Assembly: GCA_044238145.1 (NCBI GenBank)
Contig: JBIIDT010000003.1
Span: forward strand, 14,155 to 78,154
Reading direction: 5' to 3'
DNA length: 64,000 nucleotides
From: Pirellulales bacterium
GTDB lineage: Bacteria > Planctomycetota > Planctomycetia > Pirellulales > UBA1268
Within the stretch, counting starts at the first letter, position 1. The number at the start of each line of letters is the position of its first letter. A model generated the notes under the pieces. That model was not told the origin of the DNA and did not search any database. It saw only the letters and a list, made by a program, of their open reading frames with translations. Positions 20,789 through 30,090 of the stretch are shown here, piece after piece. The position numbers were made by a program, and so were the translations under genes.

Positions 20789-21340
20789 TCACCCGGGCGC
20801 GACGATCTCGAGCAACTCGACCGCGGGCACGCCACCCACGCGAATCTCCGCGACGCGGCCGAAGGCCACGGCGTCCGGCGGACCGCCGAACAGCGCGGCG
20901 AGGTGCGGCCCGGCCGTGACCCGGAGGAGGCGGACTTGTTGCACGTCGCAGAGCAGGCCGGCGTCGACGAGGATACGGCCAAGCGGCATGCGGCCCGCGC
21001 GGATCGCGGCCGCAGTCTCCGGCGGAACCGCGGCCAGGTCGATGCGCACGATGCCGTGCTGCACGACCCTCCCGTCGCGAAGGAGGAGGATCTCCCGGGC
21101 GTAGCGATCGCGGTCGGCTGTCCCCGGCCGCTCGGCGACGATCCGCAGCTCGACCGGGCCGCCGTGATGCCGTTCCATCGCCACGGTCATGTGGCTGCGA
21201 TGATCGAGCAGCCGGCGGGGCTGATCGGGGACCGCGTCCGCCGGGAGTTCCTCGAACCGGCCGAACGCGTCCGGATCGGCGTGAAACTCCCGGACGATCG
21301 CCAGGGCCCGCCCGACGGCGGTGGGGTCAGCGGGCTGCAT
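20789..21340 (-). CDS. Chorismate pyruvate-lyase-like protein (UbiC/DUF98 fold)
   Basis: It is collinear with E. coli UbiC blocks. RYAREILLLRDGRVV matches RYWLREILLCADGEP, GRMPLGRIL matches GKTPLGRYL, and the tail FGRVAEIRVGGVPAVELLEIVAP matches [22 protein letters not shown]. The start was set at the internal ATG at 21340. Confidence 0.65.
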   Translation of the reverse strand: MQPADPTAVGRALAIVREFHADPDAFGRFEELPADAVPDQPRRLLDHRSHMTVAMERHHGGPVELRIVAERPGTADRDRYAREILLLRDGRVVQHGIVRIDLAAVPPETAAAIRAGRMPLGRILVDAGLLCDVQQVRLLRVTAGPHLAALFGGPPDAVAFGRVAEIRVGGVPAVELLEIVAPG

Positions 21341-21414
21341 CGGATGGCGACAAGGAGGGGAACACCGTTCGGGGATTCTCCCGCCGCCGGCCGCCGGCCG
21401 CAAGCCGCGGCGGT

Positions 21415-23235
21415 TCAGCCGGCCCCGACGTCGGCCGCCGACTCGGGTACGGCCAGATCGAGCAGGAACTCGAGGACTTCGCGGAGCCGCGGCAGCCGAC
21501 AGCCCGCGATCGCCGCCGCCGCCCCGGCCCGTTCGTCGCGCACGATCGCCGCGGTCCGCACGAACACGTCGGCCCGCCGATAGAGCTCCCGCGCTTCGGC
21601 GACCGCAGCAGCAACGGCCGCCTCCGGGGCATCCGCCGCTGCGGCCATGCCGGCGAGCTTCCGCAGCCGAGCCGCGTCGTCGCCCGACAGCCGTTCCATC
21701 GCCAGCGCCCACATCACCGTGGGCCGGCCGCCGAGCAGGTCGCCGGCCGCCCGCCGGGCGTTCTCCAGGTCGCCCTGCCAATCCTTCAAGTCGTTGAGCA
21801 CCTGGAAGCCGGTGCCAACGTGCAGGGCATAGCGATCGACGGCAGCCGCGACGCCGGGCTCGAGCCCCGCCAGCCGAATGCCAATCGCGATCGCGGCCTC
21901 GAACGCGGGGGACGTCTTGAGCCCGTAGATCGCCAGGGCCTCGGCTGGGGCGAGCCGCCTGTCGCCGTCGTCGCGCCACCAGAGTTCCGCCCCCTGTCCG
22001 CGGGCGAGCCGCACGTGGGCGTCGGCCAGGAGCCGGACGACGTCGCGGGACGTGCCGGCGTCGACGCCGACGAGACCCGAGACGATGCGGTAGCCGAGGC
22101 CGAGCAGGTGGTCGCCCACGTTGATCGCCGTGGGCACGCCCCGGGCGCGGTGCAGCGTCGACTGGCCGTACCGCATGGCGTCATCGTCCTCGATGTCGTC
22201 ATGGACGAGCGAGGCCTTGTGGAACACCTCGATCGCCACGGCGGCCGCCTTGACCGATTCGCGGACGACCGCGGGATCCGCCGCGTAGCCGGCGGCCGTG
22301 GCCACCGCCGGCTGCACCACCTGCAGGTCGGCCCGCACCGCGTCGTAGGCCGCCAGGGCGATGAACGGCCGCAGGAACTTGCCACCGCGGGCGAGGAAAT
22401 CGGAACCCAGCGCCGCGGTGGCATCGAGTGGCAACAGCCGTCCGGTGGCCACGGGCGGCGGCAACGCCTCGGCGAGTCCCAGCCGGCCGCCGAGCGCGGC
22501 GAGCGCCTCGGGGGCGAACATTTCGGCCGCCTCGCGGAGCAGGGGCAGATAGTCGCCCATCGGGGCCGTGGCCCCGCCCCCCACACCGAGCAGGCCCAGC
22601 ACCCAGTCGACGTCGATCGCGACGGCCTCGGCACACGGGCCGCCGGCCACGGCATCGCCCGCCGGCCGGCAGGGAACCGCCGCCACGGGCAAGGAAAATG
22701 CCGGCAGCATCGCGAACGCCTTCTCGAGGTGCTCGAGTTTCGCCACGCCGAGAATGCCGTCGTACTGACCGGTGAGCAGGGAGCCGATCGCGGCCACGGC
22801 CCGGTTCGTCGATTCGACCACCCAGCCCGAGTCGCGGGCGGCGGCCCAGATCGTCGCGATCCCGCAGGCCGGCCCGCACACGTGGGGCACGAGCGACTCG
22901 CCGGCGGCGGACACGCGTGGGCAATCGGGCAGGAGCAGCAGCCGCCGACCACTGGCACCCGCGGCCAGCCGCTCCCGCCAGTATTCCGACACGATCGTGA
23001 CCATCGTCCAGCCGACGAGATCGGCGCCACCCCCGGCTCGGGTGACGAGCGACTCGGCAACCGATCGCAGCCCCGCGGCTGTGCGTGCCGCGGGCGGCAG
23101 CCCGTCCGCCCGCCACCCCGCGACGAGGTCGCTCGCCAGGGCCCGAAGCCGGTCGCGGGCCGGCCGCGACGCAGGACAGGCGAGCGGGCCGGCGGGAGCA
23201 GGAGCGGGACGAGCGACGGCGGCGGTACGGTTCAC
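21415..23235 (-). CDS. Fusion protein: N-terminal DUF116-like Cys-rich domain plus a C-terminal polyprenyl diphosphate synthase domain
   Basis: The DUF116-like part is LLLLPDCP...HVCGPACGIATIW...DGILGVAKLEHLEKAF...LPVAAVPC. The synthase part has the first Asp-rich motif LVHDDIEDDDAMRYG, but the second motif reads FQVLNDLKDW. The start is uncertain: GTG at 23235 was chosen, and the next ATG gives MVTIVSEYW. Confidence 0.72.
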   Translation of the reverse strand: MNRTAAVARPAPAPAGPLACPASRPARDRLRALASDLVAGWRADGLPPAARTAAGLRSVAESLVTRAGGGADLVGWTMVTIVSEYWRERLAAGASGRRLLLLPDCPRVSAAGESLVPHVCGPACGIATIWAAARDSGWVVESTNRAVAAIGSLLTGQYDGILGVAKLEHLEKAFAMLPAFSLPVAAVPCRPAGDAVAGGPCAEAVAIDVDWVLGLLGVGGGATAPMGDYLPLLREAAEMFAPEALAALGGRLGLAEALPPPVATGRLLPLDATAALGSDFLARGGKFLRPFIALAAYDAVRADLQVVQPAVATAAGYAADPAVVRESVKAAAVAIEVFHKASLVHDDIEDDDAMRYGQSTLHRARGVPTAINVGDHLLGLGYRIVSGLVGVDAGTSRDVVRLLADAHVRLARGQGAELWWRDDGDRRLAPAEALAIYGLKTSPAFEAAIAIGIRLAGLEPGVAAAVDRYALHVGTGFQVLNDLKDWQGDLENARRAAGDLLGGRPTVMWALAMERLSGDDAARLRKLAGMAAAADAPEAAVAAAVAEARELYRRADVFVRTAAIVRDERAGAAAAIAGCRLPRLREVLEFLLDLAVPESAADVGAG

Positions 23236-23294
23236 GAATCGGGCATTCCGAGAGTGGGGAGGTCCGATTGTAGAACCGTCCCCCCCGATCTTGG

Positions 23295-24581
23295 CTAACC
23301 CTGCCCGCCCGACGGCTCGAAAAATGCGGGAATCAGCGCGTCGACCTGGAGCAGGCCGCTCCGCGACAGCACCGGCTGGGGACGGAGCGACTCGAGCCGC
23401 CCCTCCGCCTCCAGGGCCCGCCACTGGTCAGCCCACTCCGCGACCGGGTCGACGCCGAACTTCCGCCGCAGCCGCTCCACGTCGAGCCGCCCCTTCTTGA
23501 GACCGAGCACGGTCTCGCGGATCAGGAGTTCGCGGGGCGTGGGCACGAGGCCGCGGCGGATCGGCAGCCGACCGGCCTCGACGTCGTCAAGATAGCCGTC
23601 CCAGTGCGTGTCGTTCTGATAATGGACGCCCGAGAGATGGCCGAAGCTGGCGACACCGAGGGCGGCGAGGTCGGCGCCTTCCCAGAGCATGTCGCGATAG
23701 CGGAACTGGACGCGGTCCGGATCACGGACGAGCGTGTAGCCGCTCGACACGACGTAGCCGGCGGCCTCGAACCGCTCGAACGCCCAGGCCACCCAGGCCC
23801 GCTTCGTCGGCCAGTCGGCGACGGGCACCTCGCCTCCTCCGTCCTTGGCGTCCTTCACGAACACCGTGTTGAAGGGAAGCTCCATCTGGTAGATCGTCAC
23901 GCTGTCGGCGCCGAGGGCGAGTGTCTTCTCGACCGTCGTCCGCCACGACTCGAACGTCTCGCCGACCATGCCGGCGATCAGATCGACGTTCGTGCTCGGG
24001 AATCCGGCCGCCTGGATCCAGTCCCAGGCGCGGAGGATCTCGGCGGACAGGTGAGCCCGGCCGTTGGCCTCGAGGATCGAGTCGTCGAAGTTCTCGACCC
24101 CGAGCGAGATCCGCGTCATGCCCAGGGCCTTGAGGGCCCTGACCTTGGGCTCCGAGAGCGTGCCCGGCTCGCACTCGAACGTCACCTCCTCGGCGCGGTC
24201 CCAGCCAAAGCTCTCGTGCAGCCCCGCCACGAGCCGCTGCAGTTGCTTCACGGAGAGAAACGACGGCGTGCCGCCGCCGAAGTAGACGTATTTCAGCGGC
24301 CGGCCGGCGATCGCGCGGCGGGCGGCCACGATCGCCGCCTCGCGGGCCAGGGCCTGCGAATACCGCTCCACGTCGACCGCGGCCACGTCGGTGTAGACGC
24401 GGAAGTAGCAGAACTTGCACCGCTTGCGGCAGAAGGGCACGTGCAGGTAGAGCCCGAGCGGCGCCGCCGTGGGGGCGGCGTCGAAGGCAGCGAGCACCTC
24501 CGGCACGGCTTCGGCATGCCACCGCGCGAACGGCGGATAGTTGGCGACGAAGTAGCTACCCGGCTCGGTGGCGTCGCTCAT
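23295..24581 (-). CDS. HemN-like radical SAM enzyme (oxygen-independent coproporphyrinogen oxidase / class C family)
   Basis: LYLHVPFCRKRCKFCYF carries the CxxxCxxC motif, and YFGGGTPSFL is present. The protein is 428 aa with a HemN-type C-terminal region. Confidence 0.8.
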   Translation of the reverse strand: MSDATEPGSYFVANYPPFARWHAEAVPEVLAAFDAAPTAAPLGLYLHVPFCRKRCKFCYFRVYTDVAAVDVERYSQALAREAAIVAARRAIAGRPLKYVYFGGGTPSFLSVKQLQRLVAGLHESFGWDRAEEVTFECEPGTLSEPKVRALKALGMTRISLGVENFDDSILEANGRAHLSAEILRAWDWIQAAGFPSTNVDLIAGMVGETFESWRTTVEKTLALGADSVTIYQMELPFNTVFVKDAKDGGGEVPVADWPTKRAWVAWAFERFEAAGYVVSSGYTLVRDPDRVQFRYRDMLWEGADLAALGVASFGHLSGVHYQNDTHWDGYLDDVEAGRLPIRRGLVPTPRELLIRETVLGLKKGRLDVERLRRKFGVDPVAEWADQWRALEAEGRLESLRPQPVLSRSGLLQVDALIPAFFEPSGGQG

Positions 24582-24776
24582 GGTGTCATCCGGCGGCGGT
24601 CGCGGGCTACGGGGAGGGTCCTGCCGCCGGCAGCGGTCGTGCCGGGTCTGCGGGGGTGGAGACTGGTCGCATCAGTCTATCCTGATCGTGGCGGGGGCCG
24701 GCCGACGGCGTGATTTGCCCGGGTGCCAACCGCGAACTAGCCTCCACCCGAGGTGTCCGTCCCCAAGGAGTCCGTC

Positions 24777-25697
24777 ATGGAATACGTCGCCATCGCCGCC
24801 GCCGTCGCGATCCTCCTCGTCGTCCTCATGGGCGTCCGGGTCGTGCCCCAACAGAGCGCGTCCGTCGTGGAACGGCTCGGCCGGTTCAACGGCGTGCTGA
24901 CGCCGGGCCTCAACGTCATCATCCCCTTCGTCGACAAGATCGCCTACCGTCACACGCTCAAGGAGGTGGCCGTCGACATTCCCGAGCAGGTGTGCGTCAC
25001 CAAGGACAACGTGCAGGTCGCCGTCGACGGCGTGGTGTTCCTGCAGGTCGTCGACGCCAAGCTCGCCTCCTACGGCATCGCCAATTACCACTTCGCGGTG
25101 TCGCAGCTCGCCCAGACCACCATGCGGTCGGAGATCGGCAAGATCGTCCTCGACAAGTGCTTCGAGGAGCGGAGCAACATCAACGCGGCCGTCGTCGCCG
25201 CGATCGACGAGGCGGCCGCGGGCTGGGGCGTGAAGGTGCTGCGGTACGAGATCAAGAACATCACCCCGCCCGACACGGTGCTGGTGGCGATGGAGAAGCA
25301 GATGCAGGCCGAGCGGGAGAAGCGGGCCACGATCCTCCAGTCCGAGGGCCAGAAGCAGTCGGCCGTGAACATGGCCGAGGGCCAGAAGCAGAAGGTGGTG
25401 CTCGAGTCGGAGGCCCTGCGGCAGCAGCAGATCAACAGCGCGGAGGGCGAGGCGGCCGCTATCATCGCCGTGGCCGACGCTACCGCCCAGGGCATCCGCC
25501 GGGTCGCCGACGCGATCCGCTCCGAGGGGGGCCTGGAGGCCGTGCAACTGCGGGTCGCGGAGCGGCTCGTCGAGCAGTATGGCAAGCTCGCCAAGGAGAC
25601 GAATACGATGATCCTGCCGGCGAACTTCGCCGACATCGGCAGCCTCATCGCCGCGGCGATGGCCGTGGTCAAGCGGGGCGACAAGACCGCCTCGTGA
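24777..25697 (+). CDS. SPFH/band-7 (stomatin-like, QmcA/YbbK-type) membrane protein
   Basis: There is an N-terminal TM helix. The SPFH core is VVERLGRFNGVLTPGLNVIIPFVD...TKDNV...YGI, followed by a coiled-coil tail. The ATG at 24777 was chosen because AAGGAG lies 7 nt upstream. Confidence 0.9.
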   Translation: MEYVAIAAAVAILLVVLMGVRVVPQQSASVVERLGRFNGVLTPGLNVIIPFVDKIAYRHTLKEVAVDIPEQVCVTKDNVQVAVDGVVFLQVVDAKLASYGIANYHFAVSQLAQTTMRSEIGKIVLDKCFEERSNINAAVVAAIDEAAAGWGVKVLRYEIKNITPPDTVLVAMEKQMQAEREKRATILQSEGQKQSAVNMAEGQKQKVVLESEALRQQQINSAEGEAAAIIAVADATAQGIRRVADAIRSEGGLEAVQLRVAERLVEQYGKLAKETNTMILPANFADIGSLIAAAMAVVKRGDKTAS

Positions 25698-25734
25698 CGC
25701 CGCCGATCCGCCCGCAGGATTCACGGAGGATGCG

Positions 25735-26169
25735 ATGAACGACCTGCTTACCCCGTCCGCCTTCTGGCTCGCGCTGGGCTTCCTCCTGATGGCGGCGGAG
25801 CTCGCGTCCGGTGCGGCCGTGCTCATCTTCTGCGGTTTGGGGGCGCTGGCGGTCGGCATCCTCCTCACCCTCGGCGTCGCCGTGCCGGCGCCGTGGCAAG
25901 TGGTGCTGGCCGCGGTGCTGGCCCTCGCCTCGACGCTCCTGTTCCGGCCGCTGCTCCGCCGGTCGCTGAGCGGGCACGCCGAGTACGCCGACCACGTCGG
26001 TGCTCTCGTCGTGGCGCAGACGCCCGTCGAGCACGACGCGCCCGGCACAGTCCGCCATCGCGGCACCGTGTGGCAGGCCCGCACGGCGCGGGGCGAATCC
26101 CTGGCGGCGGGCGACAAGGGCGTCGTCACCGGAGTCGAGGGGATCGAGCTCCGGATCCGCCGCGCCTGA
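25735..26169 (+). CDS. NfeD-family membrane protein (short form), partner of the SPFH protein
   Basis: There are three N-terminal TM helices. The C-terminal OB-like segment is GTVRHRGTVWQARTARGESLAAGDKGVVTGVEGIELRI. The gene order matches qmcA-ybbJ. Confidence 0.75.
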   Translation: MNDLLTPSAFWLALGFLLMAAELASGAAVLIFCGLGALAVGILLTLGVAVPAPWQVVLAAVLALASTLLFRPLLRRSLSGHAEYADHVGALVVAQTPVEHDAPGTVRHRGTVWQARTARGESLAAGDKGVVTGVEGIELRIRRA

Positions 26170-26173
26170 TGGC

Positions 26174-27187
26174 TCACAGGCCGCGGGCGGCCCGCAGGTC
26201 TTCGAAGTCGCGGAGATGGTAGGCCACCTTCGCCTTGTCGAGCACCCGGCACAGGCCGCGGAGCGCGATGCCCATGCCGTCCGGGCCGCTCGTGCCGCCG
26301 AACTGGCCGCCGCCGCGGACGTGCGGCTCGAGGTCGAGGAACACGCCCGGAATCCCGCGCCGCTCGAGCTTCTTCGTGAGCGCCGGCAGCATGCCCCGCA
26401 GGTCGGCCAGGATCCGCTCGTGGCCGCTCGCCCCGAGGTCGGCGGGCACGAAGTTCGAGAGCTTATCTTCCTCGACATGACCACCGCGCTTGGCGGTCTT
26501 GACGGTCGATTTGTAATCCTTGATGTGGACCCAGCCGAGCCCCGGCTTCATCGCCTCCCACTCCTTCCAGACCTGGGCCGGCGAATAGCCCTGGCAGAGG
26601 ATGTTGGCGGCGTCGAACACGAGCACGAGCGCCGGGTGGTTCACCCGGCGATGAATCTCGGCGAGCAACCGGCCCGAGCGGCCGACGAGATTGGCCTCCA
26701 CCTCCAGGCCGAACGTCAGGTCGGAACGATGGCAGGCCTCGGCGATCTTGCCGAGCTGGTCCACCGTCTGCTCCAGGTGGTCCTCCGGCCGATCGTCCTT
26801 CGGCGGATAGAAGGAAAACCCGCGGATCAGCTTCGTCTCGAAGGCATGGGCCAGCTCGCAGGCCTTGGCCACATCCTTGGCGAGGTACTGCTTGAAGGGC
26901 ACGTAGGTGTTCTTCGTGCCGTCGGCCTTGTCGAGCAGCTTCACCTTGCCGATCGGCGAGGCGATCGAGGCCACGTTGAGGCCGTACTCGTCCTCCAGGT
27001 GCCGGATCTTCTGGATCTCCGGCAACGTGAGCTTCATGACGTTCTTCACGCCCTTGCCCACGTCGATGAATCGCAGGCTGTAGTACTCCAGGCCGATCGC
27101 AGCGAGGGCCGAGAACTGCTCCACGGCGGTGAGGTGAAAGGCGGCCTCGTCGGCGAGGGCGGAGAGGAGGACGTGGGGCTGCGGCAT
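26174..27187 (-). CDS. Sugar phosphate isomerase/epimerase (xylose isomerase-like TIM barrel)
   Basis: The spacing of FGLEVEAN, VFDAANI and WVHIKD fits the AP-endonuclease-2 / TIM-barrel family. The start was set at the ATG at 27187 (MPQPHVLL). Confidence 0.72.
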   Translation of the reverse strand: MPQPHVLLSALADEAAFHLTAVEQFSALAAIGLEYYSLRFIDVGKGVKNVMKLTLPEIQKIRHLEDEYGLNVASIASPIGKVKLLDKADGTKNTYVPFKQYLAKDVAKACELAHAFETKLIRGFSFYPPKDDRPEDHLEQTVDQLGKIAEACHRSDLTFGLEVEANLVGRSGRLLAEIHRRVNHPALVLVFDAANILCQGYSPAQVWKEWEAMKPGLGWVHIKDYKSTVKTAKRGGHVEEDKLSNFVPADLGASGHERILADLRGMLPALTKKLERRGIPGVFLDLEPHVRGGGQFGGTSGPDGMGIALRGLCRVLDKAKVAYHLRDFEDLRAARGL

Positions 27188-27282
27188 GGGATCGGGTTCC
27201 TGGGCGGGCGGACGTCGTTGACGGTTAGGGATTGTAGCCACGTCCTCAGCGGGCTGCCCGATCGGCAACCCCGCGCCGGGTC

Positions 27283-27412
27283 GGGGGTGCCCATGCCCTC
27301 TCGCCGGACGTTCGTTTCGGCCCTCCAGGCCTCCACTCACTGCGTGTCGGCTGCGCTGCGCCATCCTGGCTGCGCTTGCCTCCCCAGCCCGCTCGAAGGC
27401 ATGGGCACCCCC
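27283..27412 (-). repeat. Intergenic TIR repeat element, copy B (130 bp, inverted relative to copy C)
   Basis: It has perfect 15-bp terminal inverted repeats, GGGGGTGCCCATGCC and GGCATGGGCACCCCC. Its reverse complement aligns with copy C through the blocks GGCAAGCGCAGCCAGG, GATGGCG, AGCGCAGCC, AGTGAG, GGAGGCC, CGAACGTCCGG and GGCATGGGCA. Confidence 0.78.
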
Positions 27413-27465
27413 TCCTGGAGCGCCGATTGGGATTCTCGGAACGGCGGTCCCTAGTTGGAGTCCGA

Positions 27466-27849
27466 CTAAAAACCCGCCAGGTGGTCGGCGGCGGGGTGCG
27501 ACACGGCGATCCGGGAGCGGATGCCGCCGCGGGGCGTGAACTCGGCGAGCAGCGTCATGCGCCGCGGGTGGATCACCGCGACGAGGTCGTCGAGAATGCG
27601 GTTGGTGACGTTCTCATAGAAGATGCCTTCGTTGCGGAACGCCTGGAGGTACAATTTCAGGCTCTTGAGTTCCACGCACAGTTTGTCAGGGACGTAGCGG
27701 AACGTGAGCGTGCCGAAGTCGGGCTGGCCGGTCTTCGGGCACATGCTCGTGAACTCCGGACAGATGTGCTCGATCACGTAGTCGCGGCCGGGAAACTGGT
27801 TCGTGAAGGTTTCCAACTGGTCGCGCGAGGGCGGTTTGAGGGTGCTCAT
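27466..27849 (-). CDS. queF: NADPH-dependent 7-cyano-7-deazaguanine reductase
   Basis: [15 protein letters not shown] holds the catalytic Cys, and [15 protein letters not shown] is the QueF motif. At 127 aa it is the unimodular type. Confidence 0.92.
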   Translation of the reverse strand: MSTLKPPSRDQLETFTNQFPGRDYVIEHICPEFTSMCPKTGQPDFGTLTFRYVPDKLCVELKSLKLYLQAFRNEGIFYENVTNRILDDLVAVIHPRRMTLLAEFTPRGGIRSRIAVSHPAADHLAGF

Positions 27850-27867
27850 GATGCTGCAGAGTGTGCC

Positions 27868-28584
27868 ATGAACACGCCCGCTGCGAAACCCTCCGCCGCT
27901 CCCGGCCGCTCCGCGGTGGTCCTCCTCTCCGGCGGCCTGGATTCCGCCACCGCCGCGGCCTGGGCCGCCCGCGAGGGGTTTTCGCTGTCCGCGCTCTCGA
28001 TCGACTACGGCCAACGGCACCGCGTGGAGCTCGACGCCGCCCGCGCGGTGGCCCGCGCCCTCGGGATCGCCGACCACGTCGTCCTGCCCGTCGACCTGGC
28101 CGCCTTCGGCGGCAGCGCGCTGGTGGACGCCGCGATCCCGGTGCCCAAGGGCCGCGACGAGGCCGCAATCGCCTCCGGCATTCCCGCGACCTACGTGCCC
28201 GCCCGCAACACCGTCTTCCTGGCGCTCGCCCTGGCGATGGCGGAGACCCGCGGCGCCGACGCGATCGTGCTGGGCATCAACGCCGTCGACTACAGCGGCT
28301 ATCCCGACTGCCGGCCCGAGTACCTGGCCGCCTTCGCCCGCATGGCCACGCTCGCCACGAAGGCCGGCGTCGAAGGCCAGCCGCTCGAGTTCCTCGCACC
28401 GCTCGTCGACCTCACGAAGGAGGCGATCATCCGGCTCGGCTTGTCACTCGGGCTCGACTACGGCCTCACGACCAGCTGCTACGACCCGGGCGCCGACGGC
28501 CGGCCGTGCGGATCGTGCGACTCCTGCCGGATCCGGGCGGCGGGCTTCACCGCGGCGGGTGCCGTCGACCCGCGCTGCGACTAG
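27868..28584 (+). CDS. queC: 7-cyano-7-deazaguanine synthase
   Basis: [14 protein letters not shown] is the PP-loop. DYGQRH is present, and the C-terminal zinc cysteines are [17 protein letters not shown]. Confidence 0.93.
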   Translation: MNTPAAKPSAAPGRSAVVLLSGGLDSATAAAWAAREGFSLSALSIDYGQRHRVELDAARAVARALGIADHVVLPVDLAAFGGSALVDAAIPVPKGRDEAAIASGIPATYVPARNTVFLALALAMAETRGADAIVLGINAVDYSGYPDCRPEYLAAFARMATLATKAGVEGQPLEFLAPLVDLTKEAIIRLGLSLGLDYGLTTSCYDPGADGRPCGSCDSCRIRAAGFTAAGAVDPRCD

Positions 28585-28586
28585 CC

Positions 28587-29285
28587 ATGCGGATCGCCGA
28601 AATCTACGCGTCGCTGCAGGGGGAAGGGCTGCTCGCCGGCACGCCGAGCACGTTCGTCCGCACGAGCGGCTGCAACCTGCGGTGCGTCTGGTGCGACACG
28701 CCGTTCACGTCCTGGCGGCCAGAGGGACGGGACATGTCGGTGGACGAGGTGCTCGCGGCCGTCGCGGTCCACGCCCCACGACACGTCGTGGTCACCGGCG
28801 GCGAGCCGCTCCTCGTCGACGCGGTCGTGCCCCTGTGCGCCGAACTGCGGCGGTGCGGGTTGCACGTCACGATCGAGACGGCCGGCACCGTGCTGCCGGC
28901 AGGGGGCGTGCCCGCCTGCGACCTGATGTCGATCAGCCCGAAGCTCGCCTCGTCGGCCCCACCCGCCGACACGCCGGGCGGCTGGGCCGCACGGCACGCG
29001 GCGGCCCGGCGGCGGGACGACGTCCTCACCGTGCTCGCCGCGTCGGCCCCCTACCAGTTCAAGTTCGTGGTCGAGACGGCGGCCGACATCGATGAGGCGG
29101 TCCGCTGGCTCGACGACCTCGGTCCCGCCATCGACCACGATCGCGTGCTCCTCATGCCGCAGGCGCGGACGCCCGAGGAACTCGCGGATCGGTCGGCCTG
29201 GCTGGCGGGCGAGTGCGACCGCCTCGGCTTTCGCCTCGCCCAGCGGCACCACATCCTCTGGTTCGGCGGCCGCCGCGGCACGTGA
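28587..29285 (+). CDS. queE: 7-carboxy-7-deazaguanine synthase (radical SAM)
   Basis: EIYASLQGEG and VRTSGCNLRCVWCDT are QueE motifs. It starts 2 nt after the queC stop. Confidence 0.9.
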   Translation: MRIAEIYASLQGEGLLAGTPSTFVRTSGCNLRCVWCDTPFTSWRPEGRDMSVDEVLAAVAVHAPRHVVVTGGEPLLVDAVVPLCAELRRCGLHVTIETAGTVLPAGGVPACDLMSISPKLASSAPPADTPGGWAARHAAARRRDDVLTVLAASAPYQFKFVVETAADIDEAVRWLDDLGPAIDHDRVLLMPQARTPEELADRSAWLAGECDRLGFRLAQRHHILWFGGRRGT

Positions 29286-29373
29286 CCGGTTCCGATCACG
29301 AAGATGACGACCCTGCGGTGGTTGCCGGGCGACGGCGCGCAGCTTATCCTTCAATCGTTTTCGGGGAATCACC

Positions 29374-30072
29374 ATGGCTGCCAAACGATCGAGTCCCGCG
29401 GTTCGTCCGCTGCGTGGCCGGCCCAAACAGGCCGCGGCCCGCAAGCGCCCCGTGCGGATGCAGCTGCTGCACGAGGCCACGCGGTTGTTCGCGGCCCGCG
29501 GCTTCGACGGCGTCACGGTGGACGAGGTGGTGGCGGCCGCGAAGGTCAACAAGCGGATGGTCTACCACTACTTCGGCAGCAAGGACGGGCTCTACATGGC
29601 CGTCCTGGAGCGGGCCTACACCGGCCTGCGGCAGAGCGAAGAGGGGATGTTTCCGCCCGCCATCTGGTCCGAACCCACGGCCGCGATCCTCGCCAACGTC
29701 GTGGCCACCTACTTCCGCTTCTTCATGACCCACGCCGACGTCGGGCGGATCCTGCTGTGGGAGAACCTGCAGGGGGGAAGCCACCTGCGGCGCGTGACGC
29801 CGGCGATCTCGAAGAGCCCGATGCTCGCGCCCCTGCAGCGACTGGTCCGGCAGGGCGAGGCGGACGGCTCGCTGCGCAGCGGCATCGACCCGCAGCACCT
29901 TCTCGTGAACCTCTTCGGCCTGTGCCAGATCTATTTTTCCAACCGGCACACGATGTCCCATGCCATCGACCTGGACCTCACCGATCCCGCGGTGCTGGAG
30001 AAAGGCATCGAGCAGGCCACTGCGGTGGCCATCGCGGGGCTCTGCCCGCCGGGCCCGGACCGCGGCCACTGA
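29374..30072 (+). CDS. TetR-family transcriptional regulator
   Basis: The N-terminal HTH is ATRLFAARGFDGVTVDEVVAAAKVNKRMVYHYFGSKDGLY. Confidence 0.88.
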   Translation: MAAKRSSPAVRPLRGRPKQAAARKRPVRMQLLHEATRLFAARGFDGVTVDEVVAAAKVNKRMVYHYFGSKDGLYMAVLERAYTGLRQSEEGMFPPAIWSEPTAAILANVVATYFRFFMTHADVGRILLWENLQGGSHLRRVTPAISKSPMLAPLQRLVRQGEADGSLRSGIDPQHLLVNLFGLCQIYFSNRHTMSHAIDLDLTDPAVLEKGIEQATAVAIAGLCPPGPDRGH

Positions 30073-30090
30073 TGACGGCGGCCGCCCCGC

